Source of the DNA: Cladosporium halotolerans
Taxonomy: Eukaryota
NCBI RefSeq assembly: GCF_011745625.1
Contig: NW_027191467.1
Coordinates: 310,001-374,000, forward strand
Reading direction: 5' to 3'
Length of the DNA: 64,000 nt
Below are positions 1 to 11,225 of the stretch, piece by piece. The position numbers and the translations under genes were made by a program. The notes beneath the pieces were generated by a model that saw only the letters and a list, made by a program, of their open reading frames with translations, had not been told where the DNA came from and ran no database searches. The stretch's first letter is position 1, and each line of letters starts with the position of its first letter.

Positions 1-1023
1 GTACAGACGACCCCAGCAAAGGCACATACTCTATGGAAGCATATGCCCTTGAGATTCAGATGTACGCAGAAACGCGGAACAACAAACGCCTGAAGGTATG
101 TCCGTCGATATCCTGAGTGCGAAAATCGCAACTGATCTTCTCGCAGGGCTTGTACCAACGCGCACTCAAAGTCCGCTCCGCGGTGCCTCATCCTAAGATC
201 ATGGGTATCATTCGTGAGTGCGGTGGAAAGATGCACATGAGCGAAGGTAAGCAATGGCAATCTGTGCAGACACGTCAGCTCATATTGACTAACCCAATCA
301 TCAGAGAACTGGAACGAGGCGCAAAGTGACTTCTTCGAGTCTTTCCGCAACTACGACGAGGCCGGATCTCTCCAGCGAATCCAGGTCCTCAAGTACCTCG
401 TACTTACGACAATGCTCATGGGCTCCGACATCAACCCTTTCGACTCGCAGGAAACGAAACCGTACAAGAACGATCCTCGCATTGCAGCAATGACCGAACT
501 CGTGGACGCCTATCAAAACGATCGAATTCACCAGTACGAGGCAATTCTGACGAAGAACAAGGATCTCCTCGCGGACCCGTTCATTGCGGAGAACATCGAC
601 GAAGTGACACGCAACATGCGCACCAAAGCCGTGGTTAAACTTGTCGCGCCGTACACGCGCTTCAAGTTAGATTTCATCGCCAAGCGTCTCAACATCTCGA
701 CCCCTGAGGTGCAGGATATCGTTGGCTTCCTCATCATGGACGGACAGCTGCGTGGCAAGATCAACCAGGATGCCGGGACGGTTGAGATCGAGAGTCGCGC
801 GGATACAGATCGGATGCACGCCGTCGCGGACTGGACCAGCGCGATCCGCTCCCTGGCCTCCTTTGTACTCAACGAGAGCGAGGGTTTCAAGGCTGACGAG
901 ATGGGCGCCTCGCTCGGCGCCGGGCCCCAGGGGCTGTCAGCTGGGCCGGAAGGCTTCGCGCCCTCACAACGCGTCGCCGCCGGCGGTGGCAGGCGAAAGC
1001 CGCACCGAGCAGCAGGGAAATGA
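1..1023 (+). CDS. CSN2: COP9 signalosome subunit 2, 5'-truncated by the window edge; introns 96-146 and 247-304
   Basis: Spliced translation [85 protein letters not shown] followed by a PCI domain ([17 protein letters not shown]...GKINQ). GT-AG introns keep the frame. Confidence 0.95.
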
Positions 1024-1579
1024 CTTGCATGCGCGTCTTCGCCGTGAAGCGCCTCTTGCGCGAGATCCGCCAATCGATGACCCCGTGGCTCTGCGCCTCC
1101 AGGCTGCAGGCCCCTCCACTTACAGTTAGACGAATGATTCACGAAATACGACTCGACGGACAGTTGCACGGTGGCTGCGCGCGCGCTGAAGATGTGTCGC
1201 CTGCTTTTCCCACCACACAGGCGCGCAGCAGAGTTGCACAAGGCGCACCAGTCAAATTCCGCTGCGTTGGGAGACCGGGGGAGGCAGGAGCAGGAGCAGT
1301 GTTCATGCGGCGCGCGACGGCCGGACTTCTTCGGCGTGCTGTGCGCGACCTACAGCCGTCGTCGCACAAGGGAGCGAGCTGGGCTGGCTGGCTGCTGAGC
1401 GACATGCGCGTAGGCGGCGCTGGCTGGCTCTCGGGAGCTGCCATCACGCTGTGTGGCCCTTTTCTCCGCTCGCTCGCTCGTCGCTTGCACGCCTCGGTTG
1501 CTTTTCGCTAGTCAGGTCGCAGATAGCTAGCTAGGTCGTATCGTAGCAGAAACGCCGTGCGAGACGAGACAAAGGCCGC

Positions 1580-4500
1580 TTGCCTGCCTGCCTGCCTGTC
1601 TGCATCCCCCCCACCATCCTTCATCTCATCCCACAGTCCCACGCCCGGCGGTGCTCGCTCCGGAACGCAGCGCCCTGCGCAATTTAAAAAGAAAAAAGTC
1701 TCCCGACTCACGTAGCCTCCAGTAATCCCAGCCCGATCCGCTGCCTCCCCGTGCGTACAGTGGTCACAGTCAGTCAGCAAAGAGTCCCAGCACCGCGATC
1801 GCGAAACCCTGCCTATAGCACCCACTACAGCCAAGCCGCCCCGCCCGCGGGCTCGCCTATCGCCTTTCCGCAGAAACTAAATCTGCCCACGGCGCCATCG
1901 GGGCTGCACGACCCCTGCTCCCGGCGGGCCAATCACGACCCCGGTTGCCGGACGACATGCGTGCGTCGTGGGCTACGGCCTACGGCCTACAGGATTCATT
2001 CTGAGAGAAATCGCCCATCCCGCGCCCGCGCGCGCGCCACTGCCCGCGCGATCGGGTGCTGAGCCGGCGGGCTGGGCTGGGAGCTGGGATTTGTTAGATT
2101 GGACGTGTGCGGGCATGGGGTGGGTGCGGTTCCTTTGGGGGGGTCGGCAAGGTAGGTAGGTCGGTCGGTCGGTCGGGTTCTTCGGCTTGCTTTTCGGGGG
2201 TTCGGGATGCGTGGGGGTTTTTTTTTGGTCGGGGTTGGGTTGGGTGTGGGTTGGGCGGTGCGTTGGAATGTAGGGTAATGTTAATGTATTGGAAGGTATG
2301 GTTTGGATGTAGGTACTATGGATGCTGAATGCTGCTACTGGAAGGCCAGGCTCTGAAAGTGGGGGTGGTACCTCGGGGCCCCGGTGCCGGTGTTTTCTCA
2401 TTTGCTGCGCTGTACGGTAGTTCCGTGATTGTGACAGATCTGATGCCGGGTCTTGACGATGACGCGGACGCACCACCAGCCAGCGTGCGGTCGTCGCCGG
2501 CGAACGTGTTGATCGGGTGTTCCTGCGCTGCGCCGTGCTGTGCTGTCTGCCCGTCTGTCTTATGGGCAGGGGTGCGTCGAATAACGCGTCGCTTGCGCGA
2601 TCGCTTGACAGGCGGGCGTTTTTCCTGTGGTGTTATTTTGGAGCCGGTCCAGAAACCTGCAGGCCCGTTCGCCGCCGCCGTTTCTCTACGATCGCGTGGC
2701 GAGGGGCACATTCTGAGGACCGATGTCACTACTTGCGGAAGGTTCGCTGCGGCGTCTGCATCGACCTACTACTGCTCCCCTGCCGACCGATCCTTTCGCT
2801 TGCCGCTGCTACATGTACGCTCGTGACGTGGGGCGAGGTGAGACGTGGTTGGATCACCGCGGGCCTCTCCCGACGGCGCGCCGCCTGAGGGAACGGGGAG
2901 ATCTGACTACTGATCAATTTAAAAATCGACGGGGAGCCCTTTCCCAGATGCATTGGCTGCATGCGGAAAGAGCTTCGCGATCCTGCCCGCTCGCCATCCT
3001 GGCCGTCACATCGCTCGCTTGGGCGCGAGACACAAAGAGAGGCGTCTCGCCCCGTTTCGACTATACTTGCCCATTTTCTCCGCCTCAGGGTGCAAGTGGA
3101 GAGGGGCAAGGCGTGTGCTTTCGATCGCTCGCCTTCCCTCGCCTCGCACGAGGGGCGTCGGGCTGCATCTCGTCTCGTGGCACGCGGCGGGTCGGAGAGA
3201 CATGCGGACGGCGGCGATGAGGCTCGTTCTGCTACCGTCTAGCTGCATGGGGGGACGGCGTCTCCCGCGCGCGCGCGCCGCCGTGGGTGACGATGCGCCA
3301 GGTTCGACGGCCGCCCGGGGCCCCTGTCGAGCAAGGCAGGACCCGCCTGACGGGCGCGGTCGTGACACGGCGTCGGCGCACGCTTTTCTTGCGCGCGCTG
3401 TGCTGCGAGAGGCGCCGAATCAGCGCGCCGCGCGTGGGTTTCGGTGCCCGGCGGCGAGGGAAGTGAGACGTGGGCTGGGCTCGCTGCTGCTGCTGCTGCT
3501 TCTTGCGCTGTGCTGCAAGGCCCCGAGGGTGCGCCAATATGGGCTTTGTGTAGCCTCTTGGGCACGCCTGCGATCGATAGGTGGGCGCTTGGCCGCTCAG
3601 CTCGAGGGATCGTCTCGCTTGTGAGATCTGAGGAGGCCGTGCGGGTGGGAGCATTGGCTAGGGCTCTCGTATCGCATCTGCGATGGGTTGCGCGATAGCG
3701 AGGGCAGATCGGACGCCGGGGCGCCTCATGCTGGTACCTGGCATGAGGCCATCGGCTCCCACGCCCCGACCCTGAGCTTCCGGCGGCGGGAGGTGTCGAT
3801 GTGGGCGAATGCGCGGTGGGGATGGCGGCGGGTGGAGCAGAGGGAGCAGCAGGGCAAGCAGGGCTTCAGGGCAGCGTCAGGCGGGTGGAGCGCGATCGAG
3901 ATAGCTTGTATATCTGCGTCAAGACGCCCACGCATCCACGCCTGCATGACTGCGTCTAGGCTTGGGTCGCCGATCCGGGTTCGTTGCGCCGGTTTCGTTG
4001 TCCTGCCGCCAGGTTACCTACCCCACCAGCAAGGGCGGGCATCTGCTCGTCGGCTGCCATCCCAAGCACGCGCCTGTTTCGTCTGGCTGTCGTTCGTGGG
4101 CGATCCGAGCCTCCGAGCAGAGGCTGCTGGCATCTGTATCGTGCCGTGGGAGGAGGCGCCAGGGGCACCGCGTGCAGGGCTCTTGGGTCCGTCGGGGGCG
4201 TTTGCTCTGTCGCCATCGCTCTTAATACCCGGCAGGGCACCTTTCGCTCGTTGTGCTGCCAGATCCCCTCGATGATCTGGCTCTGCCTTGCACCATCCCG
4301 CCGGTACCTGCCCGACCTTGCTGATTGCTGAGTGCTGAGCACGCCAACGCCGACACGCCCGCCGGCCTGCCTGCCTGCCTGCCCGCCTGCCCGCCTGCCC
4401 TCCGCCTCGCCGTCCACCGCGCAACGGGAGGAGAGCGAAGTGAAGTGTGGCCTGGCCTGCCCTGCCGGGGCCCTTCATTCCAGCTCGCGGGCCCTGCCAG

Positions 4501-4672
4501 CAGCAACAGCAGCGCACACAGCAGCAGAGCACGCAGCCGCCGCATCGCACCACCAGCCAGGCCACACCACCGCACACCACCCACGCCGCCGCCCACCCAC
4601 CGCCGCCGCCGCTTGCCCTGCCACCGGGTCGTCGAGCACGACGCTGCGACGTACCGCACCGCACCGCACCGC
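1580..4672. repeat. Scattered microsatellites: (GCCT)n at ~1580 and ~4366, (GGTC)n ~2159, (GCT)n ~3483, (CACCG)n ~4652
   Basis: Short tandem repeats are directly visible in a GC-rich low-complexity intergenic tract. Confidence 0.7.
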
Positions 4673-5095
4673 GTGAGCAGCGGCGTCAGCACAGCGCATC
4701 CGACCAGGTAGCCGGGACCGTCGCGCCAGTGCCTGCCGTGCCGTCCATCCTCCGCCCAGCAGCGCTCGCAGCTCGCAGCTCGCAGCCCGCAGTCCATCCC
4801 GCGCGCCGTCGCTGCTGTGGCCCGTCGCCACCGCGCGCACAGCAAACAAAAGGCCGCCGCCGCCGCGCCCGCGCGCTCTGCACCGGACCTCGCGAGTGCA
4901 CCTGGCGGGCGAGAACGAGAGAGAGCGAGAGCGCGCTGACCGAGCAGTCCCCAGTCCCCAGCGTCCGTCTGGCCTCCGGCTGCCCTGCGCGTGCCTGTAA
5001 GCGAGCGAGTCGCGATCAGCGAACAGCGAGAAGCGAACGAGGCCCGGCAAGCGAAGCAGCCTTAGCACCACGCAAAGCCCCCGCCAGCCCGCACG

Positions 5096-7353
5096 ATGCT
5101 GCAGCCCGTCGCGGCCTACCCGCCCTACCCTCACCAGCGCCTCCACCAGCACGCCCAGCAACACCACCACCTCCTCCACCGCCCGCTCGCCCACGATGTC
5201 TACGCGCCGCAGCCGCCCTACCACGCCCCGCTGCTGCTCGCGCCCGCATACCGCCCGCTGCACATTCCGCTGCACCAGCCGCCGCCGCAGCAGCAGCAGC
5301 AAACACCGCACGCATTGCCCGCCGTGCCGCCCAAGCAGCACTCGCAGCAGCTGGCCCTAGCGCACCACCAACCCACGCCCGCCTTCTCAACCCCAGGTTC
5401 TTGCCCTGAGCCCGGACTCCAACTCCACCACCAACACCACCATCCCCAGAACCACTCCCAGCTGCCCGCTGCTTACCCTCCGCGCCGCACCCGCCCGCCG
5501 CCGCCGCAGCAGCAGCAGCAGTCCACCATGGCCTACCAGGCTTCGGAAGAGGAAATGGCCGAGATGCAGCGCCTGAGCGCCGGCTTCGAGGCCGAGGTCA
5601 CGGTACGTTTGACCATCGTCTGTTGATTCGCGGTCGATGCCGCTGTCTACGAGTGCAAACAACGTGCAACGAGCGAGCGACACTGCAAATGTCCATGCAG
5701 CCGTGCTGACTGTCGATTAGGGTCCGCTGGTCGGTGAGCGTCAGCCCAGCTCGGCCATCACCCAAGAGTACGCCGCCGCCGATACCACCTACCAGACCAA
5801 GACCGCAGTACGTAATACACCCCACGTGCAACTGACATCCCACTCACATCGACGCTCAGGCTCTCCCGCAGAAGTACTCTCACTACCGTAAGCTGAGAGG
5901 CGATGGCATGTGCGGCTGGCGAGGTGAGTGCAAACGCTCCCTGTGATGCTCGCTTCGACATAGACTGACCTCACTCAGCCGTCGCGTTCGGCTATCTTGA
6001 ACGCCTGCTCTACATCGGTGACAGCGGCAAATGTCTCGAAGAAGAAGCCCGACTTCGCTCGCTGGCGAACGTGGTCAACAGTGCCGGCTTCGACCCACTC
6101 TTGTTCGAGGATTTCGCCGACACGACGCTGGAGCTGTTGAGGAAGGTTGCCAATGGCATCGATGCCGGCAATGGTGATGAGATTCTGCTCGAGGCTTTCA
6201 ACGATGAGATGACCCAGAACTACATAATCACTCATTTCAAGGTCGGGATCACTGGATTCTGCGTGTTGAGGTGCTTTATCACTGACGCTCATTGCAGAGC
6301 CTCACCGCCGCCTGGATGAAGACCCATCCGGAGAATTACGCAGGCTATATGATCGGTCAGACCGTCGACCAGTATTGCGAGGCACAGATCATGCCAGTGA
6401 AAGCTGAGATTGAGCACCTGGGGCTCAGCGCCCTCAAGGATGTGCTCTTGAGCCCCGCCTCTCTCGCCTTGGAGGTCATGTATCTGGACCGTAGCATTGG
6501 CGATCAAGTCAATCTCCACCGCTTTGACCCCATCAGCGGATACACTGCCGCCACTGTTCGATTGCTGTACAGGCCGTGAGTTGCCCTCTAAATCACACGC
6601 AAACTGCCTACTGACAATCCCAAGCGGCCACTATGACCTGCTCTACAAGTACGAAGACGTTCCACCTCCGCCTCCATCGAACGAATCTGTCGCGGCCTAC
6701 CTTTCGCACAACGCTCCACAACCGCAATACGAATCGATTGGCGATTACAGCGATGCCGCTGACAACCTAATGTTCATCCCTGGCATGTCGATCGCACCGT
6801 CTTCAAACGGCTGGATGTCGGGTCCTGGCTATGGGTCTGACTTCTTCACAACTCCTTTTGCACCACTACAGACCTGCGCTCCATCGGTGCCAACGCCCGT
6901 GGCGCCAGCTCCTCAGCCGCAGATGCTGTCACAAACGACCCCGCAACCTGCTTATGGTGCCGGAGCACAAGCCAGCCATGTGATGCCGCCAACGCAGATA
7001 CCCACTGAGCTTGCCATCCGTTCGATGCCACATGCAGAGCACGCTGGTGTCCCGCCTCTGAACCCGAAGGCGGACGGGCCCTTCAGGCCTTCCCACTATG
7101 AATACGAGGCGGACTATTTGCAAACGATGTCACACCACATGCCATTGACGACATCGATCTTCAAGAAGTAGGTCTCGTGAAGCTTTGCGCAGTCCCCCAC
7201 GTAACACCGCGCTAACAATGTCTCAGCTCGCACTTCAACACAGCACACTTTCAAAACCCCGAGTTCCAACCAGAGGAGTGGCGGCCCGACGACGAATATG
7301 TGACCAACAACAACACAAAGGCCGCGTCGCGCAGCCACCGATCCTCCGGCTGA
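5096..7353 (+). CDS. Otubain-like deubiquitinase (peptidase C65) with His/Gln/Pro-rich N-terminus; alternative start at 5528; introns 5603-5720, 5808-5859, 5924-5978, 6242-6297, 6576-6624, 7168-7226
   Basis: Spliced product has YRKLRGDGMCGWRAVAFGY (catalytic Cys motif), EIEHLGLSAL and LLYRPGHYDLLY (catalytic His). All six introns are GT-AG and preserve the frame. The start codon is uncertain. Confidence 0.88.
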
Positions 7354-8703
7354 CCGACCCCTCCCTGCCACCCAACACCTTGTATCAATATCGCACCGTC
7401 CGACCCTCCATCCCCGAAAACCCACCCTACCAAATCCAAGGGAAAGCTCCGGCCCGCGCCTCGCACAACCGTCACACCACAGTCGTCGGTCGGCTCGTTG
7501 CATAACCCCACCCTCGCCTGCCTTCTCCTGCTGTTACCTTCACAACTGCACGCTCCTTTACCAACAACTCGACACTCGCCCCTTCCCGGCCCGACTACTC
7601 GTCTGCCCCGGCCGGGGCGACTAACGACGGCTTACGACCAAAGACTTATCCACCTCAGGGTACCTAGAGCGTGCAGACTTATACCGGAGATTTTATGTTT
7701 TGTTTCTTGGGGTGGTGGTGGTCTTGTATCTACCTAAGAGCAAGCATGTCTTAACTCTTGTCGCCGGGCCTGCTTCTCCGATCCGGTCCGCCAGGTGTTT
7801 GATGCCCGTGTGCGTCCTGCGAGGCGGGGTGTCTACCTAGCCCGTCGAGCGGTTGGACTCTGCTCTGCAAGACGCATGAAACGCTTCGCGACCGGGCCCC
7901 AGAGTCGTGACTACCCGACCCAGCTCCCCGGTGCACCCACCCTCCTTTCTTTCTCCCTTGTTTGTTTTCTTTTTCCCTTTTTTTTTTCTCTAATCTTCTT
8001 ACTTTCATCAGAGGGTACCAAAGACGGCAGTATAGATTAGCATCGCTTACACGCTGGCGCGCTGGGTCGTCGCAAGCCGATTTGCGCCGCGCACGCAGGG
8101 GGACTTTCCTTGCGAGGTTCTGAGCGTGTGTGTTTGTGTGAGTCGGTTTTGCGTCCATCCACGGCCATGCCTGGAGGAGACTGAGGAGTGCATGGGATAC
8201 GATAGTATGCTATTAATGAGTGTATTGAGGTTAAGAAAATGGAGATGCAATTTTTTGGGGAGCTCGTTGTTTCCTGAGGTATCATTCTAGAGATGATGTT
8301 GGAGTGATTGGGTTGAGGTTGAGATTGTGATTCGATGGTTTGTATCCTTAAGCACACCTCACCATGCTGGTGAAGCCTGAAAAAGTGTCGCATTCTGACA
8401 CGACTAATAAGTGCGATAACTTGGACGGTGAGACCTCGCAATATAAGGTATTATCTTTGGTCCAGCGCAGCGAACGTCGCCGAATGTGACGTACCCCGCC
8501 GCGGGGTGTGGTGGAGGATTTTTGGAAACGCGCGCCGCCAGCTTCGACGAGCGAATGCCCGCTGCCTGAAAGGACACATCATCCGACCTCTCTACCAAAA
8601 CAACCTCCACCTCCACAAACACCTTTAAAATCACCTCTGAAATCCCAACGACCACCTACATCCGCCCACCTCAAACCAAAACCCCCACCAAACCCCGCCC
8701 AAA

Positions 8704-9528
8704 ATGAACATGCCCGACATGCCCATCAACGTCCCCATCGACGACCCCAACGCCGACACCGAATGGAACGACATCCTGCGCGCGAAAGGCGTCATCCCCG
8801 AGCGGCCCGAGTCGCCCACGGCCAAAATCACCGAAGCCCTCGAGCAAGCGCGGCAGCTCGCGCACGAAAACCGCCTCGAGGGCAAGGAGCTCGACGAGCT
8901 CGACGCGCTCGAGGACGACGAGGACGACGCCTTCCTCGACGCCTACCGCCAGAAGCGCATGGGCGAGATCGCACAATTGCAGGCGGCGAGTGTGTACGGC
9001 CAGGTGTACCCCGTGCAGAAGCCGGAGTGGGCGCGCGAGGTGACGGAGGAGAGCCGCAAGGCGTGGGTTGCGGTGTTGCTGACGAGCTCGTCGGGCACGA
9101 ACGCGGAGTCCAGGGTGCTGGTTGAGGTTTGGAGGGAGCTGGCGAGGCGGTTTGGGGACGTCAAGTTTTGTCAGATTCAGGGCGATTTGTGTATCGAGGG
9201 GTATCCGGATCGGAATTGTCCGACGGTGTTGGTATATAAGGATGGGGATGTGAAGAGGCAGATTGTTACGCTGAGGGAGTTGAGGGGGGATGAGACGAAG
9301 ACGGAGGGTGAGTGTATATCGTGATGGGATGGGTGATTCGGGATTGAACGCTGACTTTGAATTCGTTTTGCAGATGTTGAGAAGCTTCTTACGGGCCTTG
9401 GGGCGATCAAGGTCGGCGACTCGAGGTTGACGCAGAGGCATGTTGAGGATGTTGAGGAGAAGCAGTCTGGCATCAAACAAGGGAACCGCCCACCGGCTGT
9501 GGAAGACGACGACAGCGATTGGGATTGA
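8704..9528 (+). CDS. PLP2: Phosducin-like protein (thioredoxin fold, CCT co-chaperone); intron 9308-9373
   Basis: DPNADTEWNDILRAKGVIP N-terminus, YRQKRMGE, CIEGYPDRNCPTVLVYKDG and acidic C-terminus EDDDSDWD*. Confidence 0.93.
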
Positions 9529-10114
9529 ACGGTCTCACAAGGGCAACAGTATATTCCGTCTTCTGACAAACTTCACTACGCTTTCGTAGCTATGCGGAGC
9601 CTCCGATGATCGCTGGTACGATACAGGCGTATTGCCTTTGTCAGGTGATGAGGGCACGAGGAGCAGTCGGACTGCTATTTCTCACTCCTTGCCGGAGCGA
9701 AAGCTGTGGACACGCGCAAGACCAAGCGCAACCCTCCAATGTGGATAACTATGGCTGTCCAGGGCACCTGCGTGAAAACGCAAAATGACGCGGCAGAATC
9801 AGTAATCTACGTCCGAGAGGTCTGGACAGTATCTGACCTTTGGGAAATGATGAAATCGTTGATCTACTAAAGGATACATCTCTCCCGTTGAAAAGGGATT
9901 AGAGACCCTGCTATGTCGATATATATCCGCGATAAAGACAATACACACCTCATTGATCGCAACGCCTTCACACCTAACTCCAACCAAAAAGAAGGCCGTA
10001 TTTTCTCTTTTCTTCTGGCCAGAAAATCCAAAGAACATTGCCACCGATCTATAGCCCAACCCCGCCTGTCCAGTATTCTCCAGGCGAACGCCACAACAAA
10101 GACATTTCATGTCC

Positions 10115-11225
10115 TCACATCAGCTCATCGCTACCCTGAGCTCCGACCTCTTCAATTACCCTCCTAACATCATCCTCGTCAAACATCGGCCCCATCCCGT
10201 CGCACCTTGCCAGACTTCTCAACCTCTCGAACACCTCCCCGATATCCAGCGTCTCCCGCGCATACAGCGGATGCGACTGCACCAAATCCCACGTGGCGCC
10301 CGCAGAAAGCAGATGCGAGTCGCTCCGCGGCGACGTACCGCTCGACTGCGTCGACAGCAGACCGTTGGCCAACCGCATGCGGTCTAGCGAGGGTTCCCCA
10401 TCTGAAGAGGAGGCTGACGAGACGCTTTTGGCTGTCGTCGAGCGCGAGCCCGGTAGCGAGCTGGGATCGTCGACGAAACTCGGTGGATGATGGCGGCGCG
10501 GGGACGATGAGGCAGTGGCTTTGAGGATCTCATTCTCGGTCTGCGTGCGCTGGAGCAGGAGCTTGAGGCGCTCGTTGTCGGATTGCAGGGAGGTGGTCGT
10601 TGTGGTCAGGAGGGTGAGTTTGCTCTCGAGGTCGCGGACGTGGCGCTCTTTGCGTTCGCGGAAGGCTCGTTGGCTGTGAAGGGTGGTTGTGTTTAGTCCA
10701 GGTATTTGATAAGGGTGAGTGGGTGGGGAAGAGCTCACGCTGCTCTGTTTTGGGCTTTCCGTCGCGACTGTGCTGGTGTGAGAATGTCTTTTTCGACGCT
10801 GTTTGATCGCCTGTCGTGTCTTGGTGAGGTGTCGTTATCGGTTTCGAGGGCGATGCCGCTGTCCATTGAGCCATTGCTCAGGAGCTGCTGGCTGGGTGGC
10901 GAAGCTGAGTTGGAGTTGTTCGGCACGCCTGGGAGGCTATCGCTTGCGCCAATGGTCGTGTCAAAGGCGTAGTCGAAAGCGGTTGGCATGAAATTGCTAG
11001 TTCCGAAGGGTGTCTCCATGCTCTAGAAGTGGCAAGTGTCAATTCTGCATTGAGGCTTTCTTGGAGAAGCTTATCGCTAGGCTCATGGCGATCACCTACT
11101 TGTACAGCTCCACTGTTGTCATTGCTCTGGCCGTGTCCGAGCACGTTCGGTTCACTTCCAAAGCTCAAGTAGCCGTATGTCTGCGGGGCTTGTGTGAAAT
11201 ACGTATCATATTCCATAGAATCCAT
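10115..11225 (-). CDS. Yap/AP-1-like bZIP transcription factor (Fcr3/RsmA-like); introns 11023-11099 and 10674-10738
   Basis: Basic region SRRKAQNRAAQRAFRERKERHVRDLE across the intron, a leucine zipper, and C-terminal ATWDLVQSHPLY...LARCDGMGPMF. Confidence 0.88.

Noticed and set aside
1020..5409. Numerous 100-320 aa ORFs on both strands
   Set aside because: Arg/Ala/Pro-rich low-complexity translations expected from GC-rich, repeat-laden DNA; no domain motifs.
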